A stretch of DNA of 63,986 bases, counting the filler, from Reticulomyxa filosa (lineage: Eukaryota > Protista > Foraminifera), in assembly GCA_000512085.1 (NCBI GenBank). It is 24 parts of 24 records of this genome, joined end to end, with 100 filler letters (N's around TTAATTAATTAA, not from the genome) between each part and the next. Parts side by side here need not be neighbours in the genome. Positions count along the whole stretch, not along the records: positions 12,002 to 16,639 come from ASPP01010952.1; positions 16,740 to 19,351 come from ASPP01001651.1; positions 19,452 to 20,614 come from ASPP01021886.1; positions 20,715 to 23,542 come from ASPP01005611.1; positions 23,643 to 26,243 come from ASPP01005179.1; 19 more parts are not named here. One strand, given 5' to 3'. Below are positions 12,275 to 24,300 of the stretch, piece by piece (the stretch's first letter is position 1; each line of letters begins with the position of its first letter). Below the pieces are notes generated by a model. It did not search any database. It was not told the origin of the DNA and saw only the letters and a program-made list of their open reading frames with translations. The position numbers were made by a program, and so were the translations under genes.

Positions 12275-14604
12275 ATTTCATTTCTACATTTGGAATTTGC
12301 CCAATGTCATGTACCAAATGCTACTATTTCTGATTTTTTTGTCAATAATTGCTCTAATGTTCTTTTTACCTTTGTGTTAATTGTTGTTTCAATTTTGGCT
12401 TCATTATAAGTCATTGCTTTGTGTTTTCTTCCAGGATGCTCAATTCTACGTCGTGTTATCAAATTTTGCGTTTGGATCAATGTTACCATTTTCTATTTTC
12501 TTATTATATACTAATCAGTCATTTTTTAACATTATCATCGACATTGCTTGTCACATTTGCTCCAATATCTTCAATGACTCCAGCTGCATGCGCAACATTA
12601 AATATTCCAGCATCTTTTGTTAACAACTTAATAAATGTGTTTGCTATTGCTCACTTGACCGCACATATAGATATATGTATCTGCGATTGCTTGTATTCTT
12701 CCAATTTCTTTTGTTTCCACATCAATTTCAATTGTTATTTAGTTCTTCATCACTTTGTCCAATCATAACATTTGCAATATATGTTCTACATTCGACTGAT
12801 TTTTTATATGATGTTCAATGACTTAAATCTCTTTTCTTTCACAAGGGCAATCTAGTTGTTTGTGTCTATGTTTTCAACATATCCAAAACTAGCGTTCCAA
12901 AGCTTTTTGCTATTGCTATTGTATAACTTTGCTTATTATTTGAATACGATTTGCTAAATTGTATATTACTTTGGTTTATAATGGCTTTCTAGTTATTGTA
13001 GTATATTTTTCAATACTTTGTTGTCGCTTCTTTGTTAAGTGTGATAATATTGTTATTGAACTTTGTATTGTCACAGCCAATATTACTGACTATTTATAAT
13101 TTACTTTTTTGACACTTGTATTTCCTATTTCGTGCTTATATTTCTTCTTCTAATATGTTTTGTGTTAGTGCGAATGCTCCTTCAGTTTCTTCTAATGTTG
13201 TTGGATTTTATTTGTACAATAATTTGCGTCTAATTATTTAATAAATCGAGTAAGCTTTCATCTGATAGTCTTAACATCTTTCTTGCTGTCACTTTACATT
13301 CAGCAGCATAATCCAATTCCAATTCAATGCTTATTTTGCTTTACTCCAACGCAATATTATATCATCTTGTCCTTAGTTAACTGTTGTTCTGAAGTATAAT
13401 AAATCATTAGTTCTTTCATTGACAGTTTTCCTCCAAACATTTTGCATAACTACGTCGTCAATTCGTTGAATTTTTAATTTGTTTATTTGCCACAATTTAA
13501 TGTACTTCTAATGGCAAGTATTGTGACAGTATGTATCTCATACAAAATTTATCTGATAATTTGTTTTCGAATTCCTCTGAGAAAAGAAATTGAAAATCAA
13601 ACACGAATGACCCCTTTCGCATTTACTTGAAAGAAAACAAATAATTTAATCATTTAAAAGAAAGTGATTTTTAAAAATTCTTCCAGTTTGTTTCGAACTT
13701 CCTTCAGTTTAAGGGAAAAAAAAAGCAAAGAAAAATAAATCTGGCCGAACTGTCCATGTTCGCGCTACTTTTCGAGCAATATACAAAACTTTTAAAAAAC
13801 TACAACGTCAAGTAAAGAACAAGTGAAGATTTGGCTACTAAAAGCATTAACTTTTTTCTAAAATTCAAATAAGCAATTGATCTTTAGCAATATGCATCAT
13901 AAATAAAAGAATCCAGTTTTGTGTTTATGTTTTTCTTCCTTAAATGTTTCAATACTTTGATTATTCAAGTTTATTTGTATTTTGAAAGTGAAATGATACT
14001 TTCGCTTTGACTGTGAAGACAGTGACGTAATATCAACCTGAATGTTGACAATGTCAGGAGAGACAGTTAACAAGCGTATTCGTTTGAGCCACGATGAAAG
14101 CACTTTCTTTCGGATAGTGTTGTCATTTCGGAAAAATATTTAATGTGACAGTGTGTTTTTTCGATAAAATAGGTTACTGTTCGTTGCGTAGATATTTTTT
14201 TTGAAAAATTAAATTTTGAACAGTGGAAGGGTTTTCTTCCAATATTCTTGAAAGTAAAGGAAAAGAAAAATTGAAGAGAGAGCTAAAAGCAGCAAAAAAA
14301 ATAAAGATATGTACGTAAACAACGCACTTTATTTGAGTTTGATAATTGTAACGTGCGCATTGTCAAAATGTACTCTAGTTCATTTTTCCTATATTATGCG
14401 TTTTCTCTCAAAACCAAGAAATGTTAGCTCCAACACTTTCCAAACGATGGAATGACGACTCTCAAACAAGAAGGGGCCCTTCTTTGGAATTACAATAAAA
14501 ATAATCCAATAGCTGCATCTCTCAAAAAAGATCAGTCTTTTATTTTGGTTGTTTATTGCGATAATTAGTTTGGATATACCAATAACAAAACAAAAACAAT
14601 CTGA

Positions 14605-15363
14605 ATGATGCGGGCAGCATTAACGGCTTTGTTGTGGCACATGATATTTGGTTCTATCTTTTTGACAACAGTTCATGGTATTGGTTTTTATTTGAAGCCA
14701 GGAGAAATCAAATGTCTAAGTGAGCATTTGGACAATAAAGAGTTGCTAGTAGGAGAGTTTAGCATTACTCCTCCAAGCACCGGTGCCTCAAATGCGGGCG
14801 GAGTAAAAGTCACCGTGAGTGATCCACTTGAAGTAAATGTGTATGACAAAGTGGTTGACAATGGAAAGTTTGCATTTACTAGCCCCGCAGAGGGAGAGTA
14901 CGTGATATGTTTCAAAAGCCAAGACACAGTGGATAAGACAGTAAACTTCGATGTCCACAGCGGTGTCAAAGCAAAAGACTATAGTGCGCTTGCAAAAAAA
15001 GAGCACCTTAAACCTATCGAAACTGATTTGAAACGGATACAAGACATGGCAAAAGAAACATTAAATCGATACAAGGCTATTCGAGAAATTGAAGACAAAA
15101 TTTATTCGGACACAAGTTTTGTGTATACCACTTTTTTGTTGTTGTTGTTGTTGTTCTTTCTCCCTCTCTCTCATCCCTTCTTTTTTTTTTTTGATTGGTG
15201 CAAGGAATATTTACATACAAAAAAATTTTCCATGACATAAATAGCATCTACAAAGACCAGGACTATCGTGTATGGTATCATTCTTACTGTTATTCTCATC
15301 ACACTTAGTGTGTTCCAAATGTTCCAACTCAAATCTTTTTTCAAAAAGAAAAAAATTATTTGA
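14605..15363 (+). CDS. p24/emp24/gp25L (TMED, p24-delta/TMP21-like) cargo receptor, exons 14605-15115 and 15245-15363
   Basis: Signal peptide; GOLD domain (KCLSE...GKFAFTS...YVICF); coiled coil AKKEHLKPIE. Exon 2 gives a TM helix and tail FQLKSFFKKKKII* with FF and di-lysine motifs. Confidence 0.92.
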
Positions 15364-16210
15364 TTGTGAATTATTTTGCAACCGCCTTTTTTTTGATATT
15401 GCTGATCCATCAGAGTTTCAAAACAAAAATTAATAGTTATAAAAACTAAACCACACAAAAGGACTTTTAAACACTTTTTTTTCTGCTATGATAATCGGGG
15501 ATAGCTTTAAAAACGGATCAATAGTTGGGCTTGTAAAATCGAAACAGTTGGACACATTACTCAGACTTCGGCGGTTGTCTTGTCAACGCTATTGTAAATA
15601 GGAAATCTTGCAAGCCTTTAGGAAATAAAGTATTTTTCTTTATCTATGTATAAATTTGATAAACGATGCAGATTAACTTCATTTTTTCATTTTGTTGAAA
15701 AGAAAGTAATTGTCTAACGTTGCTAAATACAATTTTTTCTCATGCCTTTTGTGAAACACTTATATTTTATCAGATAGTCCAAATATTTCAAACTAGTGAA
15801 AGCATTTCAATTAAATCTTTTTCGTAAAGTTGTCACCGGATTGAATTGTGGTATTGTGTTTAGATAATAAGGTAATTGTATGATATGCAATCGAGTAATA
15901 AAAAAATGGAAGCACAAAAAGAAAATAATGATAACAATGTTTTTACCAGACTGTATAATAATATTATTCAATAACGAGTGAAATGTTTATTTCACAACAT
16001 TTTTCTTTACGAATTCAAATTACAATATTCTCTAAAGAAAAGAAAGCACAGTAAAGTGATGATCGCGATTTTGTAATTTGACCAATATATTTCATGTTTT
16101 GTCTAAGTTTTTGTAAAAAAGGTTTTGCAGAAGATTACGAACACGTTGGTGTCTCTGGGCATCAAAGTTATTGTGTTGCTTTTGCTGTTGTTAGCTGAGG
16201 CGTTGAAGCA

Positions 16211-16461
16211 ATGTCTTTTCGAATTGTAAATCAATCTTGGACGAGACATGGTCTCCGAATGTGTACTTCGCACTTGAATAAAACGTCTCCAGGTCTACAT
16301 ATGAGCAGAAATGCACGAAGGGGATGGGATGCAGGATATCTCGGCAAATATTCCTGTCGTCTATATTCTTCAACAAAGAAAGAAACAGATATTCCGGAAG
16401 CAGAGGTAATGGACAAGGAGGGCAGCCAAGCCAAAGTATTACAAGCGCCTGTTGTCTCAGG
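16211..16461 (+). CDS. 5' exon of a probable mitochondrion-targeted protein (partial)
   Basis: Arg/Ser-rich presequence ending CRLYSS (R-3-like), followed by a CAG|GTAAAT donor. The contig ends in the intron. Confidence 0.4.
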
Positions 16462-16598
16462 TAAATAAACCATGCAAGAGAAGGGGAGAGTACAAAAGAA
16501 TCGGAGGAAGAGCTAAGGATAGAATAGAAAGTGTTTCTGTTTTTATGGCATTGATTTTAATTTTTGGAAAATTCCAGAAATTTCAAAACCCCGCATGC

Positions 16599-16634
<36 letters not shown>

Positions 16635-18598
16635 AAAAANNNNNNNNNNNNNNNNNNNNNNNNNNNNNNNNNNNNNNNNNNNNTTAATTAATTAANNNNN
16701 NNNNNNNNNNNNNNNNNNNNNNNNNNNNNNNNNNNNNNNATAATAAGAATAGTTGCTCAAAAGGGCAAAAAAAACAAAAAAAAACAATTTCAATAATGGA
16801 AAAGAATCATTAATAGATAAAAATATAAATAATATAAATCCTTGATATGATGTCGTTTTGCAAACAAATAACGTTGTGAGTATAATATAGTCAATTTGCA
16901 AAAATTCAAAAAACAACTCCATCTTTTTTTGTGTTATTTATAAACGTGTTCAATATAATTCCAAATATTATGATATCTTATTATCACTTGGCAAACAAGA
17001 GCTAAATATTTGGATTATGAAATATAAAATGTGGAAAAAGAACAAATATTTTTCTAATTTGATAAAAATGAATAGTCATGAATTCAAATTCATATATTGA
17101 TTCAGATCATTTTAACTCTTCTCTTTTTTCTTCTTTTTAATGCAATAAACAATAAAACAAGACGTTTATAGAGCTTGATAAAGAATTAAAAGCAGGCAAT
17201 TGTGTCAACACACTAATGAAAATTATTCTAAACAAATTCATATCTTCTATAGACCAAACATGTTTTGTAGGTAAGACTACGTTCATGACAACGACAACTT
17301 TAAACATATTTAGTATTTTTATATGACTTCTTTTCTACAATTCATATTATACTGTTTATAAGCCTAAATGTCATTACATCCAAAATAATTACTATTAAAA
17401 GAAAAAAATGAAATTTGCCATACTCTTTTGATAATATGATAAGTTGACAATATTGTTTTTATCTAAAAAGTATTCAAATAAAAGAGCGAAAAAAAGCAAT
17501 ATAAACGTTTATTCATTTTTTTCTTTTTGATTTAATAACTAAGAAAGAGCATATGAAAAAAAAAATAAAAAAATTTACTAGCGTTTCATTGAGCAAAGAA
17601 TGAATTCTTTGTTTATGACATTCATGACACATAATGTGTCTTTCTTTGCAATTACAAAATAAGAAATGAATATTGTCATGATTACACGTAAAATTTTTTT
17701 CAGCAATTTCTAGTTGCTGACTCGTCATGTTTAATTGATCTATATTCATTAAAATAAAGATGATATATGAATGAGAATATGAATGAGGCAGGGGCAATCT
17801 GAATTAGTTCAACTTTTTTCTCAATCAACAGTACAAAAAACATATAACATTTTTTTTTTTATCATGCATATAATAAATGATATTGAAATATTCTGAACTA
17901 AAAGAACATTTTATTTACAATGTAGCCATGCCAATAAATTCCTTTCATTACACATGTTTGTATAATTCAGTTTTCATTTTTGTGGACAAACTTGCTATGG
18001 AATCCACTTTTTTTTTTTACTTTTGCGTACAGTTGCTGTTGTTCATTACCTTACGCTTTTTTTTCTCTTATTTTTAATTTTGTTGTAAATGTCGATTTGT
18101 ATTTGTACACGGAATAAAACAACTTTAGCTATTAATTTTAAGTGTAGTTTTAACTAAACGCAAAACTATTTGTGAAGTTAGTTAAGCTACACAATATCTA
18201 TTTTTTATAATGTTAACAAACAAAAGCTTTCCTAATACTGAAACCATAAAACAAGACAAAAAGACATTATCTGCTTTTCAGAACAAGCGAGAAAAAAGAA
18301 AAAAATGAGATACAAGACAGTTACAGGATTATAAAAAAAACCGGTAAAAATCAATTAAAGATTCGATACAAATGTTAAGCAAAACTTTTGTTTTTTACCA
18401 AAGAAAAAAAGAAAAACAATTAAAACATTGTTTAAAAAAGCAAGCAACGATATACATAATCACTGAGCACATAATTTTAAATTAACGATTTTGGGATAAC
18501 CCTTTAACTAAAAATTCTATCAATTGCACAAAGGGTAATCACATTGATACTCATTCAACATTGAATTTTATTGATCAATTAAATTAAAATAAGAAGTA

Positions 18599-19351
18599 TC
18601 AGGTTGAAAGATAGATTATAAATACATTAGCAAAACCTATAAAAATATTACCACAATTAGATGAGATGTAATATTGGAGAATGAAACTGTGTTTGAATGT
18701 GTTGATAAAAAATTTTAACAATCCGTAGCAAATAACAAAAGTGTTTGAAAATCTCGTTACCTTGGTTACACAGAAATATTTAAGTGCAACATAAATAAGA
18801 TTTGCACTTATTTGCATAGTTTGTTGGATATACTGACAATATAAAACCAATGTCAATAATATCATTTGTGTATATTCATCCTCACTCTCTACTTTTGCAT
18901 TCCATGCATATTGTTCGTTATGTGTTTTTTTTATCAAGAGCATGATTTATATAAGGCCTTACAAACAAAATTTCACGTTTATGTTTGAAATAATATAATT
19001 CCATTTCACTTTCTTCTCTTCTTTCATGTAAGTGAATTATTTGGATAGCTTCCTGCAAATACCAATCCAAATAAGGCCATTTATGATGTCTAAATTTGAG
19101 TTGATCATAACTGAACGTAGCGTTACATGATTTACCACAATACAATAAAATTACACAAATGTGATATGCAAATAATCATTCTTTACCACTTCATGGAATA
19201 GTTTTTGCAATTCATTATTTCTTGTCACTTTTACATATACTGTATCTTGAATAATTTTAAGTTGATGCAAATCAAATAACTTTATCTTGAAATTGATCAC
19301 TTTTTGGTAAATCATTTCTTTCAATGCCAATTGTGCGTTTGTAGGGTACCA
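18599..19351 (-). pseudogene. Degenerate member of a Reticulomyxa-type ADP-ribosyltransferase-like family
   Basis: YCGKSCNATFSYDQLKFRHHKWPYLDWYLQEAIQIIHLHERREESEMELY and REILFVR...YAWNAKVESEDEYTQMILLT resemble a recurrent family (recognised from memory). Frameshifts present, and the central part appears deleted. Confidence 0.45.
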
Positions 19352-19489
19352 NNNNNNNNNNNNNNNNNNNNNNNNNNNNNNNNNNNNNNNNNNNNTTAAT
19401 TAATTAANNNNNNNNNNNNNNNNNNNNNNNNNNNNNNNNNNNNNNNNNNNNATATGGTAATATGGTAATATGGATATATTGTAAATAGA

Positions 19490-20552
19490 GAGGCAGACGG
19501 AAGAACAGCATTGCATTGGGCGGCACGCAATGGTAGAGGTCAAGTGGTGGAAATATTGTTGAAATATGGTGCAGACCCCAACGTGACGGATAAAAAAAAT
19601 GGCACACCGCTGATCTATGCCGTGCAGAATGGCCACGAGAGCATCTTGCAAATGCTACTCTTGTATGTTGCCAATCCGTTTCACAAAGACAACAGCGGCA
19701 AATGCGCTTTGGATTACGCCGAGGAAAAGCGGAAAGAAGAAGGCGCGCATTTAAGTTTGTTCATGCAACAAGCTGGGAAATTGTATTCCAGCTTATGTAA
19801 ACTCGTTCAGCCAGGTAACTTTTTTTAAAAAAAAAGGATTTATACATATGCATATACATGCATATGTATATATGTATATATGCACATGTATGAATTGCAA
19901 AAAAAAAAAAAAAAAAAATGCGCAATGCATCTTGGTCTTTTAGATGCGATGCGAAAAGTATTGCGGAAATATAAGCAGCTTCAACACACTTATCCCCACG
20001 TACGGGAACAACTGAAGGCGGTGTCACACATGTACGAACTGGGGAGTGCGGAGCGACAAATAAACGAATTTTGTGGGATTTTGTGTACGCAGTTGAATGA
20101 GTATGTCGTGCAAATGAATCAGACAAGTACAAATACACCACTTGGAAAAGAGCACTCTGTCAATGGTAGTAATAACAGCGGTCTTCATTCAACTATCAAT
20201 AATAACAATAATAACAATAATAATAATTTTCTTTTCAATGGAAACAACAATACAACTGCGAAAGAAGCAATAATCAAGTCATTTGCAAATGACATCGAAT
20301 CTGCTCAAAAAAGCCGTGGTGGTATACACACATGCCTAAAGGACATGAACAAGACCTTTGCTCTGAAAGAGGAGCAATGGGTCGACCTGTTGAAAAAAGA
20401 AGTGGACATTCAATTGGAAATTGAAAAGTTGAAGAAGCAATTGGAAGCGTTGCAAGGTACGAAGAACGATTTGAAAAAAGAAAAAGAAGAAATGAAGGTG
20501 GCCATGAATAATCTTCAGCTTAGTTTGGAGCAAGCCGATAGAGAATTAAATG
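19490..20552 (+). CDS. Ankyrin-repeat and coiled-coil protein (partial, spliced)
   Basis: DGRTALHWAARNGRGQVVEILLKYGADPN; GTPLIYAVQNGHESILQMLL; GKCALDYA; downstream heptad-rich exon. Confidence 0.85.
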
Positions 20553-20714
20553 GTATTTTTTTTTTTATTTAAAAAAAAAAAAAAAAAAAAAATTTAAAAA
20601 AAAAATTTTTTTTTNNNNNNNNNNNNNNNNNNNNNNNNNNNNNNNNNNNNNNNNNNNNTTAATTAATTAANNNNNNNNNNNNNNNNNNNNNNNNNNNNNN
20701 NNNNNNNNNNNNNN

Positions 20715-20752
<38 letters not shown>

Positions 20753-22183
20753 TAACAAAAGAATAACGAATGCAACATCATTCAATAAACACAAATGGCG
20801 GATTACCAACATCAACGAGGATTGGAAGTATTCTCAGAGCTATCCCCCTCACTTTGTCGTGCCGGCTCAAGTGACAAACGAAGATCTGGAGATGGGCAAA
20901 TCATTTCGATCGAACTCGCGAATACCGATCTTGTCTTACTACCATGCCAAAACCGGAGCGTCCATGATGCGCTCATCACAGCCCATGACTGGGGTGGGCC
21001 TCACAGTTGGCATATTTTCCAGCGGTTGGCAAAGTCGCAACAAGGCAGATGAACGGCTATTGGAATGTGCGAATATCAAATACATTGTTGACGCGAGGTC
21101 CAAACAGTCGGCATTTTTCAATCAGGCCAAAGGAGGGGGCTACGAAAATGTTGACTTTTATGTGGGCATGCAATTGATATTCGCAGACATTCAAAACATC
21201 CATGCCGTCAAAGCGTCATTCGAAAAGATGATTTCCACATTAATGGGTAGCATCGCCTTACACAACATTTCTTTTCACGTGCCACATATACGATATTTGT
21301 ATTGGGAAAAAAATGGAATCGAAGCCCACTCCAACAACTACATTCGCAAAAGGAAACGCAAACTTGGACGCCATGGCAGTACTGGAGGCTCTTTATCAAA
21401 AGCAAAGGCGTATGCACAGCCACGATCATCAAGACAATGATGTCAATCCCCATCTCTCCAAAGTTTCCTTGCCTCCATTCACACATGCCCACTCCGTGCC
21501 CGAACATTCCACCACTACCACTTCACTTCCTTTGCACACTGATGCTATTCGCTATGATGATGGTCCACTACCTAAAGGTCATGCGACTAAAAGGGGCTTT
21601 GTCACAAATCTCATTTGCACATTCGGGCAATACACCGCACACAAACACAATATATACATATATAGATAAACGCAAAGGCATATCCTCCTCGTCCTCTGCA
21701 GCTATTTCCTATGGCTTTGCTTTGAGAGATACTATTTCCAAAGCAAAGCAATGGAGATTGAGAAATAGCTTAACAGGGTTTACATCAACTTCAAACCAAA
21801 GGTACAAATAGACATATACATATATGTATATGTATATGTATATGGTATGGACACAATAACAAGGATTGAACAGTTTTTATAACACGTATGTATATATGTG
21901 GATTGGAATTTTTCTATTTAAAAAAAAAAAACACTACTCCAGAAGACAGACTGAAAAGAAGGAAACTGACGGAACAACACATTTAGCCCACATGAAGGGT
22001 GTACATGCACAAAGTGCAAGCACGTTAGATCGCACCTCCTCCTCGCATTACTACTCCAGACATGACAGCGTCAAGGAACATCATCGACTTGGAGCCCATA
22101 CGATTGGAAATGCCAGTAGCAATGGTAGTAATGTGTACCATAGTAATAACAATGGCAGTAATAACAATGCGAATAATAATAAC

Positions 22184-22224
<41 letters not shown>

Positions 22225-22984
22225 AAATAACATGAGCAGTAGCATAATGATGCGAAATCCCAAGATAGAATCGATGAGTATGGCCACGTTGCCTTTGCCG
22301 ACAACATCATCGAATACTCTCGTGCCGACGACCACAAGCAAAGATTTGTACGATCAAGCCATTGGGGAGGATCGCTGGATCAATGAAATGGCCAGCTCGT
22401 CGTGGCTGACTTACATTCGATCGGTGTTAGTGACATCGATAGCGATCGTCAGCATGATCCACTTGGAAAGGAAGTCGGTATTAATCCATTGCAGCGACGG
22501 GTGGGATCGCACCGCACAGCTGGCATCCATTGCACAAATCCTGTTAGACCCATACTTTCGCACCATCAAAGGACTGTGCACGCTGATTGAAAAAGACTGG
22601 ATCTCACTCGGACACAAGTTTCGTGAAAGATTTGCGCATGTCGACGACGAGGGCGACAAGTCTCCCGTCTTTATCCAATTCCTCGACTGTCTGTATCAAC
22701 TCACCCGTCAATTCCCCAATGTCTTTGAATACAATGAGAAGCTGCTCCGTTTCATTGCCTACCATGTCACTTCGTGCCGCTTCGGAACCTTTTTGTCCAA
22801 CAACGAGCAAGAAAGGTACTTGTTGGAACTGCGTTACAAAACCCCGTCCATTTGGCAGTATATTTTCGAATGCGTAGAAAGAGAAAAGCAAAAGCAAAGA
22901 GGTTTTGAGAAGGATGATCATGATGACAATGGTAATGATGGTGACAGTGATAATGATTATCACAATAAAGATATGGAGATGAAC

Positions 22985-23028
<44 letters not shown>

Positions 23029-23519
23029 TAATAATAAAGTAAAATGTCAAAGTAGAAGACTCCAATATAATCAATGATATTGGCATATCACTCCATAAAC
23101 AACCACAAACAGCTTCGACGAAAAACAAAACTAAAGCGCCTGCGAAAATAAAAACCAAATCGAAAAAGTACATCACCTATTTAAGCGAGGAGTTTTTGAA
23201 TAAAGAATACAAACCATGCCACGATGTCTTGTTTCCGGATCACAGGGCCATTCAACTGTCCATTTGGCCATTTTACGTGCGAATGGATCCTTTCCCTGCG
23301 ATAAGGGATTATTTTTCTTCATCACTCCCTTGTCACCAACACCGCGACGATCAAAGAAAGCTGCGTGCGTTGGAAAATATCCTGGTCGAAAACGAGCTAT
23401 CCTTTCAAGCTCAAAGTTTGCGAATGCAATACCAATTTCGTAAAATGTCCGAGGAGCTTGAACAACTGAAGCAACGGAAACAGTTTTTGACCGCAGAGAA
23501 TCAAAAACTGAAAGGAGTT
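20715..23519 (+). CDS. Myotubularin-family phosphoinositide 3-phosphatase (partial, spliced)
   Basis: WRITNIN..YSQSYP..VVP; FRSNSRIPILSYYH; RSSQP; IVDARS; GGGYEN; IQNIH; intact catalytic VLIHCSDGWDRTAQ; LLDPYFRTIKG; SPVFIQFLDC; C-terminal coiled coil. Confidence 0.95.
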
Positions 23520-23642
23520 TAAATTTTTTTTTTTTTTTTTTTNNNNNNNNNNNNNNNNNNNNNNNNNNNNNNNNNNNNNNNNNNNNTTAATTAATTAANN
23601 NNNNNNNNNNNNNNNNNNNNNNNNNNNNNNNNNNNNNNNNNN

Positions 23643-24300
23643 CAAGTAGCAAAGTGATCATAAGAGACGGTACAGGCTGTGATGTGGTCTCAGTAACACC
23701 AAAGTATAGCAAGACGTCCATGCATGGGTCCTTGTGGAGACTTCGAATATGTACTGTGTTATTCCCTTGACAAAGATTAGTAAGGAAATCTATCCAATGG
23801 GTCTCCCACGGCGGCAAGTGATAATTCTTTTATCCGTATTCATTGATAGCAGTTTTATCACTTTGATTTACGTATACTTACTGATCAGGGAAGTACTTAC
23901 GCCGTCCGAAAATCCATTATATTTGCTTGGCCTGAATATGGCCTCACGAAAACCCAAACAACTTAGTTGTGTTCTAGTATCATATGTTGATGTTGCAAGG
24001 ATAAGTCAGTGCGTTATTGTGGAACGCTACACGATATGTGAGTATGACCATGCTAGTAATTCTTTCAGTTTATTTTCCAACATCTCCTTGTCGTGAGTGC
24101 ATACATTGTGTTGGTTTGTTGTCAATATCACACATCCAGTTTTCTGTTGAACAGTTTTGCACTTGATTGCCTCCAGTACAAGGGTCGTCCAATGGATATG
24201 CATTCGTGCCTCTGGTCACTAGTATCATCCACAACAATGATGCGTCCTTTTTTGTCATTTTTTTTATTATTGATTCTTCAATAGCTGTTTGCACTTTAAA
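23643..24300 (-). pseudogene. Possible heavily degraded Argonaute/Piwi-domain remnant
   Basis: Across frameshifts the minus strand gives NIMDF-R-DGVS (~23915-23895), LPP, and SLYRLL*SLCYL (to 23643), in PIWI-domain order. Weak. Confidence 0.3.

Noticed and set aside
12280-13560. Degraded minus-strand coding-like region with Cys clusters (possible retroelement ORF1 or transposase)
   Set aside because: No complete zinc-knuckle, RT or DDE motif could be read, so it cannot be assigned.
22071-22341. Poly-Tyr/Leu/Ile/Met ORFs, also at 22604, 38637, 44222, 46524, 46552, 48180 and 48305
   Set aside because: Alternative-frame readings of (AAT)n, (CAA)n and (GAT)n microsatellites in real genes.
19452-23542. 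Ankyrin-myotubularin fusion gene
   Set aside because: The two parts are on different contigs separated by a spacer, so there is no evidence of linkage.
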